A program made the translations under genes and the position numbers. From contig NW_005201123.1 in NCBI RefSeq assembly GCF_000372725.1, positions 248,001-312,000 of the forward strand: 64,000 nucleotides of DNA, written 5' to 3'. The notes under the pieces were generated by a model. That model searched no databases. It was not told where the DNA came from and was given only the letters and a program-made list of their open reading frames with translations. The first letter of the stretch is position 1. Every line of letters starts with the position of its first letter. This document shows, one piece after another, positions 33,923-45,389 of the stretch. Source of the stretch: Emiliania huxleyi CCMP1516. Taxonomy: Eukaryota.

Positions 33923-36647
33923 ATGAAGCGCAGCGCCACCGCGTCCGCCATCTCCGGCACAAAGCGGCCGAAGGCAGCCGCCGACCCGCCGAGCGAGAGG
34001 GCGCCCGTCGCGCGTGACGCCGGCATCCTGAGCGCTGCTGCCGTGCGCGCCCTGGCCTCGGATCTCGATGCGCTGCCTACCCATGTCGAAGGCTGCGTCC
34101 GCCTGCTGGCCGAGGGACACACTGTGCCGTTCATCGCTCGGTACCGGCAGCCCGAGACCGGTGGCATGGCCCCGCCGCTTCTGCGGCGAATCGATGCGGC
34201 GTCAAGGGATGCGGCGAGCCTCGCAGCACGGTGCGACGCGGTCGTTGCGGCGCTGCGCAAGACGGATCGCTTGACAGCCCAGCTCGAGGCCGCGCTGCGC
34301 GCGGCTCCCACTCTGGCAGCGCTCGAAGACGTCTATGCGCCTCACAAGTCGAAGCCGTGCTCACTTGCAGAACGGGCGCGCGCCCTTGGATGCGAGCCGG
34401 CGGCGCAGGCCCGCCAGGCTTTGTGATCTCGTAAGCCCAGCAGTGCCCGCCTTCACTCCCTCCGCCACGTCAGGCGATGTGGTGCGCGACGATCGACGAT
34501 AGCGGGCTTTCCCAGGCCTTGCGCGCGGCGGCGGCGGGTTCGGGTGCTCGATCCAGCGAGGGCGGCACCGAGGCGGCGCTGCGTGAGGGCACTCAAAAGG
34601 TGCTGGCCGAGATGACCGCTCGTTCGCCCGCGGTGCGCGAGGCTGCGCGCGGCGCGCTGCGCAGATGCGCGCTGGTGAAATGCACAGCGGTCGCAGGCAA
34701 GCGATCGATCAGCGGGAGCGGCGGCGCCGGCGCCGCGAGCTCCAAGAAGGCGAGCACGGCAACCGCAGCGGCGGCGGCCAGCGGCGGCGAGAATTTTCGC
34801 GACTACGCGGACTTTGAGCGGCCCCTCAGCGCGGTCTCGTCGCACGCGTGGCTGGCGATGCACCGCGGCGTCGAGCTCAAGCTGCTCCGGCTCTCCGTCG
34901 CGCCCCGCGACGAGGCTTCCGTCGCCGCCGCTGTCGCACGCGCATGCCCGCCCCTCCGCTCCTACAGCGCAAGGCCAGGCGGCGGACACCGCCTTTGCCT
35001 TGCCCTGGCAGAGGGCGCGAGGGCCTCGCTCCCCACGACCCACTCGCAGGTCCGAACACACCGCCTCCTCGTTCCATGCACAGGCGCGGCCGCGGAGGCG
35101 TGGAGCCGGCTGCTCAAGCCATCTCTTGCGCGCGAGGTCCAGCGGCGCGCGCTCGAGGCGGCGCGGTGCGAGGCGATCGAGTGCTTCGCCGCCAACCTTT
35201 CGCCGCTGCTGCTCGCGCCCCCGCTGCGCGGCACGGCCGTGCTTGGCGTCGACCCAGGCTTCGCACACGGCCACAAGCTCGCGGTGGTCTCCGCGGGCAC
35301 CGCCTCCGTTACCGCCCACGCCACCGTCAAGCCGCCGCTGCCGCCCCGTGGCAGTGGCAGCAGCGGCGGTGGGGCTGGCGGCTCCCGCGGCTCTGGCGTA
35401 CACGACGGAGCGGCGTGGGACGAGGCGGTCCGCGTGATTGCCGAGCTGTGCGACAGCCATGGTGTGGGAGCCGTCGCGGTGGGCGACGGCCAGAACAGCC
35501 GTGAGGCGCAGAGGCTGGTCGCCGCCGCAATCGCAGCGACACGTCGTGGCGGCGGACGGTTGCGATACGCTGTGGTGCGCGAGAATGGCGCCTCAATCTA
35601 CTCAGCGTCCGATCTAGCGGCGGCGGAGCTGGGCGATGTGCCGCTGCAGCACCGCGCCGCCGTCTCGATTGCGCGCCGTTTGGCCGACCCGCTGTCCGAG
35701 TTTGTCAAGATTGAGCCGGCCGCGCTGGGCGTCGGAATGTACCAGCGCGATTTGCCCGCCAAGGAGCTCGGCGCGCGGCTGGATGCGGCCGTCGAGGACG
35801 CCGTCGCAGCGGTGGGAGTCGAGGTGAATGGCGCGTCGCCTTCATTGCTGCAGCGCGTCGCCGGCCTCAACAGGAAGACTGCATCCGCGCTGCGCGCCCA
35901 CATCGACACCGCGGGCGAGCTTTCGAGCCGTGAGTCGCTGAGGCAGGTGCCCGGCATCGGTCCCAAGACGTACGTCAACATTGCCGGCTTCCTGCGCATC
36001 ACGGCTTCCGACGGTGCGCCGCTCGCGGAGCCGCTGGACGCGAGCCGCGTCCACCCGGAAGCATACGCCGAGGCGCGACGACGCCCCGATTAAAGTCACG
36101 CCTAAAAGCGCACGGGAGACGATTGACACGAGAGTTGAACCCGTAGGCCCGAGCCCTGCTCGCGGCAGCTGGCATCGGCTCGGGCGCTCTTGGCCAGCTC
36201 GCGCGCCGCGGCGGGGGATTTGCCGAGGGTGACTGCGCGCGCCTCCGTGCGCTCGCTGCTGCTCCTGCCCCCGGCGGTGGCGCCGCCTCTCCTGGCGGCG
36301 GGCGGGCGGCGCTGGTCGAGCTTCTTTGCGACCCGCTCTTGTGCGGCGACCCGCGCGAACAGCTCGCGCCGCCGCCGCAACTCGTGGCGAGCGCACCGCG
36401 TTCCCTCGCCGACGTGCGCGCGGGCGACGTGTTCGAGCACGCCGTCGTCAAGAACGCCGCCCCGTTTGGCCTTTTCGTCGACGTGGGTGTCGGTTCGGAC
36501 GGGCTCCTCCACGCTTCCGAGCTCAAGAAGCGCGGCAGCGGCCGCCACGTCCCAACAGTTGGCGCGAGCATCTGTGTGACCGCAAAGGCGGTGGACATCA
36601 ACCGCGGGAGACTATCCCTCGCGCTTCACCCTGTCTGGTGTCTCTAG
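33923..36647 (+). CDS. SRBD1: Tex-family / S1 RNA-binding domain protein, multi-exon
   Basis: LLAEGHTVPFIARYR, LEDVYAPHK, VLGVDPGFAHGHKLAVV (YqgF-like), VRENGASIYSAS, RRLADPLSEFVKIEP, HhH VPGIGPKTY, PLDASRVHPEAY, S1 PFGLFVDVGVGSDGLLHASEL. Confidence 0.95.
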
Positions 36648-36988
36648 TCCACACACAGAGACTTTCGCTAGCCGGAGCAGCCCGCGACGAGGCTTGCGTC
36701 GCCGCCGCTGTCCACATTTCTGAAACACATTTCTTTACGAGTCTCGGGGACTAAGATTTCTCCTGTCCATCGATTGAGAACGCACTCCCTGCCACCGCCC
36801 CGCCGCCCTCGCAAGCTCACAGGTTGAGTTGAGAGGAGAAGCAGCTGAGGGAGATCAAAGCGGGAGCAGCGGGAGAAGGCGGCACGGCGGCGGCGGCGCG
36901 GCGCCCCCCCCATCCCCAATCCGCCTCCGGGCGAGAGTTTCCCCCCAGCGTCTGTGCTCGTCCAGCAGACGCTCCGGTAATCAGGCCG

Positions 36989-37549
36989 TTATCCATCGCG
37001 TCCGAGTCCCCGTCGTTCATGTTGATATAGATTGTCATTGAGATTGGTCCTAAAATCGACTCCTGGGTTGGCTGGCCCCGAGAGCTGCGTCTCGAGCTCC
37101 CGGTGCCGTTGCCAGACGACCCCGAGCGTCGGCGCCCAAATAAGGCCCCGACGCTCGAACACACACATGGACACTACAAAACGTCTGCCAGGGAGGGAGG
37201 GTGGGGCAGACGAGAACGGGACTCGGGCGCCTGGGGGCGCGAGGGTCCGACACACGAGTTCCGCGCACGGACGGACGTAGCGATCCGGCCATCGCGTCAC
37301 GTTCCACACCTTACGGTGGGGGTTATTGTGTCGGTTCCTCTCCTCGCGTTGTTGGATAACCTACATAGCCGCTGCGCGGCTATCTCCGATTATCCATCGC
37401 GTCCGAGTCCCCGTCGTTCATGTTGATATAGATTGTCATTGAGATTGGTCCTAAAATCGACTCCTGGGTTGGCTGGCCCCGAGAGCTGCGTCTCGAGCTC
37501 CCGGTGCCGTTGCCAGACGACCCCGAGCGTCGGCGCCCAAATAAGGCCC
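36989..37549. repeat. Two identical 160-bp direct repeats separated by 241 bp
   Basis: 36989-37148 equals 37390-37549 (TTATCCATCGCG...AAATAAGGCCC). Confidence 0.9.
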
Positions 37550-37745
37550 ATCGCGCCGATTGCCGGGGAAGTCGATTCCAGTGAGTCTCAAAAGGCCCAT
37601 CGACGAAGTTGGGGTCGTTGCCCGGTAGGAGGGTGGCGGCCGTAGCAGCCCCGGGCTTGGTGGGGTTCGGTCCCCCCTTTGCTGGAATGCAAGGCCAGCT
37701 GCTCTGCAGTATGTCACGGCTCGTGCCGTATGTCACGGGCTCATG

Positions 37746-38290
37746 TGGTTGTCGCGTGGCGATTAGGTCCGCTCACGCTCCGTCCGGTTGTCGCGTGGCG
37801 ATTAGGTCCGCTCCGGCGTGTCTCGTCGCGTGGCGATTAGGTCCGCTCACGTCGTCTCGTCGCGTGGCGAAACCGATTCGGTCCGCTCCGGCGTGTCTCG
37901 TCGCGTGGCGATTAGGTCCGCTCACGTCGTGTCCTCGTCGCGTGGCGATTAGGTCCGCTCACGTCGTGTCCCGTCGCGTGGCGAAACCGATTCGGTCCGC
38001 TCCGGCGCTCACGTCGAGTCTCGTCGCGTGGCGATTAGGTCCGCTCACGTCGTGTCTCGTCGCGTGGCGATTAGGTCCGCTCACGTCGTGTCTCGTGTCT
38101 CGTCGCGTGGCGAAACCGATTCGGTCCGCTCCGGCGTTTCTCGTCGCGTGGCGATTAGGTCCGCTCACGTCGTGTCTCGTCGCGTGGCGATTAGGTCCGC
38201 TCACGTCGTGTCTCGTCGCGTGGCGATTAGGTCCGCTCACGTCGTGTCTCGTCGCGTGGCGATTAGGTCCGCTCACGTCGTGTCTCGTCA
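37746..38290. repeat. Minisatellite of ~36-41-bp units in two variants
   Basis: TCGCGTGGCGATTAGGTCCGCTCACGTCGTGTCTCG interleaved with TCGCGTGGCGAAACCGATTCGGTCCGCTCCGGCG...; no unique spacers. Confidence 0.92.
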
Positions 38291-38711
38291 CCGTCCAATC
38301 GTTCCGATGTCCGAAACCGGGGTGGGGCTAAATAACTTTTCCGAGAGAAGGTAAAGGCATCACACTACAAGGAACGCGGCTGAGCTGACCTCCCTATACC
38401 CTATAGCCTAATAGGGAGCGCCTTGGTGAACCAGGGACTAGATCTCGCGCAGAAGAACACAGGGCGTGCTGCGTGCGCCCCGCGCGATCCCTGGCACAGA
38501 GGGGGCTGAGCTGCCGAACTTAGGATGCCTGCAGAAGGCTGGCGAGAGCCGGCGACCCACACTACTTTACCCCTCACCCGCACGGACCTCATCTCGATCT
38601 CCCAGACTCCACCACAAATGGCAAAAAGCCACCACATGCCCCGACAGAGCCGCCTAGGACAGAGCCTCAGCCCTCACCACCCCAACCCCAGGCAATGTTG
38701 TAGCGCACATG

Positions 38712-38996
38712 TCTAGACTCTATAGTCCGGAGAGGTTCAGAGAGGTCCAGTGGACAGAGCACAGAGAGGGCCGGGGGGCGCGGGGGGGCGGGGGGGGGAC
38801 CAAGCTGCAGAAACAAGCTTTCAGTGCCTACAAGTGTAGGCACTGCATTATCGTGCGCGCGGAGCGCGCTGGTGCCGGACACACGCGCGGAGCGCGCTAG
38901 CCGGACACACGCGCGGAGCGCGCTAGCTAGACACACGCGCGGAGCGCGCTGGCTAGATACCGCGCGGAGCGCACCGCGGTACCGGTAGAGTCTAGA
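38712..38996 (+). mobile_element. MITE family B (285 bp)
   Basis: TIR TCTAGACTCTA / TAGAGTCTAGA flanked by the direct repeat CACATG (38706-38711, 38997-39002); internal ACACGCGCGGAGCGCGCT repeats. Confidence 0.8.
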
Positions 38997-39867
38997 CACA
39001 TGAAGACAGTCTGTGGCAGTCAGTTGTGGCCACGCTGCTTCGAAGCTGGCCTGACGTCGTAGCACGCGTCTGGCAGACGCTGTGTCTCTGCCTTCTTCCG
39101 CGTCATGACCACACCCCGCTGCAGCGAAGCTCCAATGCCGCCCCTCTGTACATGTGACCTGTCGTTGTGGTGAAAGCGGTCTTCCCAGTTGAGCCCGCCC
39201 CAGTTCTCGAGCGCACGGTTGATGAAGGGCACGGCGACGGCCGCATGTGGCGCCCAGAGACACGCGCGGAGCGCGCCGCTGCAGAACACGCGCGGAGCGC
39301 GCCGCTGCACAGGCGCGGAGCGCCGCCACTTGAGATTGGGCCTGTGGGTGGGCCGAGTGGTTCCTAGCGTGTGAGTCAACTCTTAATAGAAATCGCACCT
39401 AGCCCTCCTCAACCCTCCGAGTGGTGTGTCGCTCCGCGCCACCGCCTGACCGCCTTGCGGCAGCTGGGCCCTGGGCAGAGGGGATGGCACCGTGCCGAGG
39501 ACTTTGGTTTAAAGCATTTTCCCCAATTTCATTGCATTAACCATTATGGTTTATGAGCTGCGCGTGTGGGTTGTGGGGGGCGCAACGACGACCGCGCTCC
39601 CCGCAGCTAGCAGCGCAACGCTCGACAAACACAAACCCCTGACAGTGCCGCCCCGCGGCAGCCCAGAGCCGTCGCAGACGAGGGCGGAGGGCGCACGCCA
39701 GTGCCAATGCGAGGGCCGCCGGAATCTGGGTACGAGTTGTACGGGAGCTTTCGAGAGACGGGGGCGAGAGACGGGGCGGATAGCGCGGGTCTAGGCGAGC
39801 CCGCCGCCAGGTGGCGGGGTGTAGCGTCGCGGGCATGCCTGCCGCCGCCGCCGCCGCCGCCGCCACT

Positions 39868-40130
39868 CTACTCGACCTTGAAGCTGGCTGTGGTGGACAT
39901 GATGATTGCCACGATGATGGCGAAGATGCCCAGCGCCGAGGCGAAGATCTCGATGACGAGGATCTTGACGAACAGCGCGCCGTTTTGGGCATCGGCGAGC
40001 GCGCATCCGCTGCCGCAGATTCCAACGCACACGCCGCAAGCGAGGTTGCCGATCCCGCAGCAAACCCCCGCCTACGCAGGCACGTATCGGCGCTGTGCAT
40101 GGCGGTCGGACGGGGGCGAGTTTGCGGTGC

Positions 40131-40208
<78 letters not shown>

Positions 40209-40766
40209 AGTGCCCAGAACATCGAGTAGCCCGCATTCATGGCGATGGTGTTCACGACGTCCGGCTTCGCACGAATGACTGCGCGGGAGTCGGCGGGGGG
40301 GGGGGGGGGGGATGAGGAGGCGGTTGGGGCGCCCAAATGCCCGCCTTGCTCGTCACCCCCCCCCCCTTCTGCGACGGTGCCTGCGGGCTCGTTGTGCTCG
40401 ATCTTTGACTGCAAGATGATGGAGACGATGACGCCATAGATGGCCACCGCCTCGCAGAAGATGACGCTGCGCACGGGCCAGATGGAGGAGCGTGAGCGGG
40501 CCCGGCGTGAGGTGCGCGAGCAGACTACGCGCGTGCGATGCGCTGCGCCTGATCAGGTTCTTTGAGGTGATGCGCGGAGCGCGTACGGCGGCGCCGAGCA
40601 GCGACGAGCCCGTGATGAAGATTCCCCACGCGGCGCCGAGAACGGACAGGCCAATGGCGAGGCCGGTGCCGACAAAGGCAAACGCGTACGGGTTGATGTC
40701 GGAGAGAACCTCGCTCCAGTTTTCGTAAACGTCGCCGTAGCAGGTGCCTCCGCCGGCGCACGCCAT
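39868..40766 (-). CDS. ATP6V0B: V-type ATPase 21-kDa proteolipid subunit c'' (4 exons)
   Basis: [63 protein letters not shown]...AGYSMFW|AG...[21 protein letters not shown]; three GC-AG introns. Confidence 0.96.
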
Positions 40767-41597
40767 CTGACGCGAGTTGCAAAGGCGGCGCTCACTGGCC
40801 GCCGCCGAGAGCAAGACGCGGCGGCGGGGCGCGGCCCAGGCGTGCGGCGAATGGCGGCTCCGAGTCCCTCCGGGAGTGAGTGAGCGGGCGGGCCGCGGCC
40901 GAGGGGCGAGGGGAGGCGAGGGGAGTGTGCAGGGGAGGGGGAAGGGGTGGGACTCGGGCCAGAGAGCGGTGCGACGCCTGCTTGCTGAGCTGTGTACTGC
41001 GGAGAGAGCAATGTGCGGCGAGAAATGTGTGAGCCGCGGTACGCGGCGCTAACCTGCGTAGGACCGTGTTTACTTTACGGCCCTTTCCCTGCGAACGCGC
41101 ACCCCCCCAGGGCTAGGGCTCTCTAGCCCGTAGCCCGATACCGATCATCCGGCCCGCTGGGTGCGCTTCTTAGCTCCCCGGCCCTGGATGTGAGGTTGAG
41201 CTTTTGAGGACTGCACTCCAAGTGCTCCAAGAGATACTAAGACGAACAGAAGAAAAAAACCACCCTCACACACTCCATAACCACCACGGACACGCGCGCA
41301 CTCTACAACGAACCCGGGGCGCGGGGCGCGCCCCGACGACCCCCCGTGCGAGTCCCGGAGCCTGCGCAGGCGCAACGCGGCAGACTGCGCTGAGCTGCCG
41401 GTGCCCGCGGAGTCAGGGCGCCAGGCCTCTGCCGCACGGGGGACACACACCGCGCGCCCGCGGATGACATTGAGAGGCACCGGCCGGCAGCGCGCGCGCC
41501 AGAGCCAGGACCGGCCGCTGCTCTGCCTGCGTGGGCGCGGCACAGGCCGCCGCCCCCGCCGCCGAGGCCGCACGGGCAGGGTGCGCGGGCCCGCGTC

Positions 41598-41993
41598 CTA
41601 CTTGGCGGTCGGGTGCGTCATAATGTACTTGATCGCGTCCTCGCACGTCAGGATCTTTTCAGCGTCGGCGTCTTGAATCTCAATGACAAACTCGTCCTCG
41701 AACGCCATCACCACCTCGACCGTGTCCAGGCTGTCAAGCCCCAAGTCGTTGAGGAAGTGCGCCTTGACAGTGACCTGCTCGGGGTGCACCTTATCAAACG
41801 TCTTTACGCAGCCCAGGACCCTGTCGGTCACCTCTTCCTCGCTCAGGAAGGTGGTGGAGGCGAAGCTGCGCAGCGCTGGCGCCGCGGTGCGCGCCAGCGC
41901 CGCTCGCGGCTGCAGCGCGGGCGCCGCGGTGCGCGCCAGCGCGCGAGAGAGCGCGGGCGCGCGCGACGCGGCGGCGACGGATCGCGAAAGCAT
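41598..41993 (-). CDS. NDUFAB1: Mitochondrial acyl carrier protein
   Basis: Arg/Ala presequence, then [12 protein letters not shown]...[28 protein letters not shown] containing the phosphopantetheine DSL motif. Confidence 0.96.
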   Translation of the reverse strand: MLSRSVAAASRAPALSRALARTAAPALQPRAALARTAAPALRSFASTTFLSEEEVTDRVLGCVKTFDKVHPEQVTVKAHFLNDLGLDSLDTVEVVMAFEDEFVIEIQDADAEKILTCEDAIKYIMTHPTAK

Positions 41994-42226
41994 CGCGCAG
42001 CAGGTGTCGCAGGCTCTGGCGCGCTGCTGCCAGAAAAGAAGAATTTTCTCGCCCCGGATACACGGATCCCTTGGCTGGAGAGGGGACGTCAACATCCTGC
42101 ATCGGGAAGGGGAGGAGGACCTGGAGGTGGGAGTCGTCAACCCTACCGGCCGGATGATGCCGTACGAGACGTCAGGGAAAGAGAGGTCCCAGTGCCGTCT
42201 GCCCGCGTCCCAGTGCGGTCGCCCTG

Positions 42227-43471
42227 GTGGACGGACCTGCGGCTACGAAGGTGGCTGAGGAGGTGGTTAGCGCCATCCTGGAATGGATTTCTGAACGGGT
42301 GGAAGGGGAAGCGGAGGAGGGGATGAGGACGCGCCTGTGCCACGCCATGCAGGGGCAAGGGGTGTTTGTGTGCTTTTGTTGTGCAGCCCCTGTGGTCCGT
42401 GAGAAGAGGAGACAAGGATACGGGGTGGCGGCGAGGGGGGAGCAGCCGTCGCAACAGGCGAGCGCACCCCGAGCCGGGGCGGCACCGGTGGATCGGCCGG
42501 CCCCGACGCGGATCTTGCCAGGAAGGGCACGAGGCAGCCCGGAGAGGTTCGTGCCGGCGGCAGACAGAGCAAGAAAACGGGAGGAGGCAATCCGAGAGGC
42601 CGAGATGGATCGAGCGGCCGCGGCGGCGTCCGCGCACGCCGCACTACGCGGCACTGCCCAGGTTCCCTCACGCTCAGATTCCCTCACACTCAGATTCCCT
42701 CACGCTCAGATTCCGTGCAAGGGGGTGCCGAGGTATGCCGCAGGCCGGGATGGAGTGAGATCTTGCGGGGCAGGGCGTGGGCTAGTGCGCGAGGGCGCAG
42801 GCAAGTGCCCGAGGGGAAGGGGGTGGGCGCCACCCTGGGGCTACCCGTAGCATTGTCGGCTCAGTGATGGGTATCCAAAAGTTCAGGCGTACAGCGCTCA
42901 GGCGCCTGTCGTCTTTCGTCTTTTGTCGCATTTCGCACACGCGCACGCCGCGCGACCCGCGTCGCTCCGCGAGGGCATGAGCCTTCCGCGATTCGAACCC
43001 GCAGCCAAAAGCTGCTCGCTCGAACCGCGGCCGACTCCGCCATCGCGGCCGCAGCTGTCAAGCTCTCCAGAAGACTGGCGCCTGATATGCTGCCTCCCTG
43101 CGGATGCTGCCGGCGAGCCTGGCGGTCCGCTGTACTACAAGGAAGTGCTGACTCGATTTCTACTCGAATTCTTCTACCCCCACGACTCGGAACGCGAATG
43201 TGACAGGACCATCGGGTCCTTCAGCCTCCAAAGCGGGATCACCCGAGAGCAGCTGAGCCTGCCTCTGGCCTCGCCTCCCTCTCCTTCAGGCATTCGTGGC
43301 ATCCTATGGGTCGTCCAGAGTATCGACCTCTGGCTTGTCAGCCGGTCACTTGATGACGACCATGAAGTACAGCGATCGCCACCTCGCTGGCCTCTCCGCA
43401 AGGCCTCCCGACCGCGTCGAACTCACGGCGCGGGCTCTCTCGGCTACGGGACCGGCCCCAGCTTCGGCTGA
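42227..43471 (+). CDS. Hypothetical or degenerate coding region
   Basis: Protein-like segments ([33 protein letters not shown]) with no recognisable domain. Confidence 0.25.
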
Positions 43472-44514
43472 GGGCTAACAAGCTGCCGAGCCCAAATCAC
43501 TGTGAGAGTCGTGATTTCTTGTTGGTTAATAAAAATCTCTCTCACACACACGCACGCACACACGTCCCAACTCCCCAGAAATCCCAAGGAGCCGTGCAGT
43601 GCCTAGATAATGTGTGTGCTGTGTGGTGCACGCCCTCCGAGCGGGGCGGGGTCTGCCCGTCGGGTTGCTGCCCTAATCCCACCAGGGGTTGTCTGCTCTA
43701 TTTATTTATGTTGCCGACTGCACTCCAAGTGCTCCAAATGCGAAGGGGTCAGTGGCTCGTTGTGCGAGTAGAGCCGTATATGGGACACGATGTCTCAAAT
43801 ATGAGAGGTTTTGACTCCTACCGGCTCCTGACGCTATCCCTGGCAGCTCTAATGACCAGGATCAGTAGTGCTATGATAGAGGGTGCCCATACTAGCGCAG
43901 GAGCTGCCACACTCGCCCGGACCGGCTCCCTCTGGGGCCGGTTCCGCAGCCCGTGAGAGCCGACAGCGGGGCCGTGCCGCGGGTGCCTACTGCCGAGTGC
44001 CACAAACACTGCGCCGTCCCGCCATCACCTACAGGCTGTCTTGTGTGATGGTTGGGATGTCCAAACGCCACCATCTTGGTTCTTGCGACCTCAAACCCGC
44101 GAGCTGTATGGGTGGTCCTGACGTGGACAGACGCCCGATGACCACGGTGAAGCTGAGCCGTAACGAGTCGACAAGTCTCGTCTGAGCCCGTGGCGGTCGC
44201 CGGCTGAGTCGCTGTGCACGGGCCGGTACCTCAGGCGTCACCTCCGCAGCCTCAGGTCTCACACTCCATCACCGCCGCCGGGACGCCGTCGGTGGCACGC
44301 TCGGCGGCGTACTTTCTGCAGCTCCATCTCGAGTACGGCGTCGAGTCTACTCACTCCTGTTGGATCTGTGCACTCCCTGGGTCCCAGGGAGTGCACAGAT
44401 CCAGCAAGCGGTGCGTCCCGGCAGCCCGCGCTGGCTGCGGAGCTGCAACAAACTGGAGACACGCTTTTTCGGACATTTTCGACGCTTTTGTCCCATATAC
44501 TCGCACAACATGCC

Positions 44515-45161
44515 TCAGTCCTCATAGAAGCCGTCCTCCACAGAAGGCGTCGTCAGAATGGTAGTCAGGCGGATGGTCAAATCCGCGATCACCGTCGCAA
44601 CTCCTCCTCCAGGGCCTCCTCCCAGAGGAGCACCCGCCTCCCTCACCCAATCCTCCCACCCTGGGAATGAATGGGACACCGCCAACAGAACCACGCCCAG
44701 CGTGCCAGCAGCGCAGCCCCTTCCGCTCCCCCGGCCTCGAACTCCGCCACCCAGCGCCGGGACCACCTCGTCACGCTCCTCGATCGAGAGCCGCCTAAAC
44801 GCCGCCTCCGCGGCCGCCCCGCGCGCACCGAGGCCCTCCGGCCTCGACAAGAACAGCTCGACGGGGTCAGCGCCCGGGTCAGGATCGCCGAGATCGCGAC
44901 GCATCCGCGCCGCAATCGCGTCGAGCTCCAGCCAGCGAGCGCTGCGAGCGGTACTGAGACGATGTGCTGGCGTAGCGCAGCAATCGCCTTTGACGAGCGG
45001 TTCTTGAACGCCTGCTCGCTCTTCCACGCAGGGCCAACGGCGGGGTTTTCGCCATTCACGTGCATGGCATTGGCCGCAAGCTGGGCGGCGTTGGTAGGAG
45101 GGACGCCGTGGGGGTCCATCCCGTCGAGGTGATCCGTCAGCGAAGCGTAGTCATCGGTCAC
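44515..45161 (-). pseudogene. Frameshifted ORF remnant, possibly transposon-derived
   Basis: Protein-like text switches frame near 44945 (...AIAALRQH / RWLELDAIAARMRRDLGDPDP...) and then reaches a stop. Confidence 0.3.
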
Positions 45162-45389
45162 GCCACCGACTCTGGGCCGGCGCGGGGCCCCCCGGAGGCA
45201 CCGTGCGCCGCGCCGCAGTGCGGAAACGGGGCCCGGCTCTATTAGTCTCTATTAGCACCGACTTCCCGATTAAGCTAGGTTAATCAGAGGGCAGATTTGG
45301 AAAGATCTCGAGGAGTACATACAGATAGACCCTCCAACCATCAGAAAACTCCGACCTGATCGGTCGTACTGACGGCCGTCGCCGTCCAG

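Noticed and set aside
37746..38290. CRISPR-like array of ~36-bp repeats
   Set aside because: Units are contiguous with no unique spacers, there are no cas genes and the context is eukaryotic; it is a minisatellite.
38380..38430. Telomerase-RNA template or ribozyme
   Set aside because: CCCTATACCCTATAG is not a telomeric repeat template, and no hammerhead or HDV core could be built.
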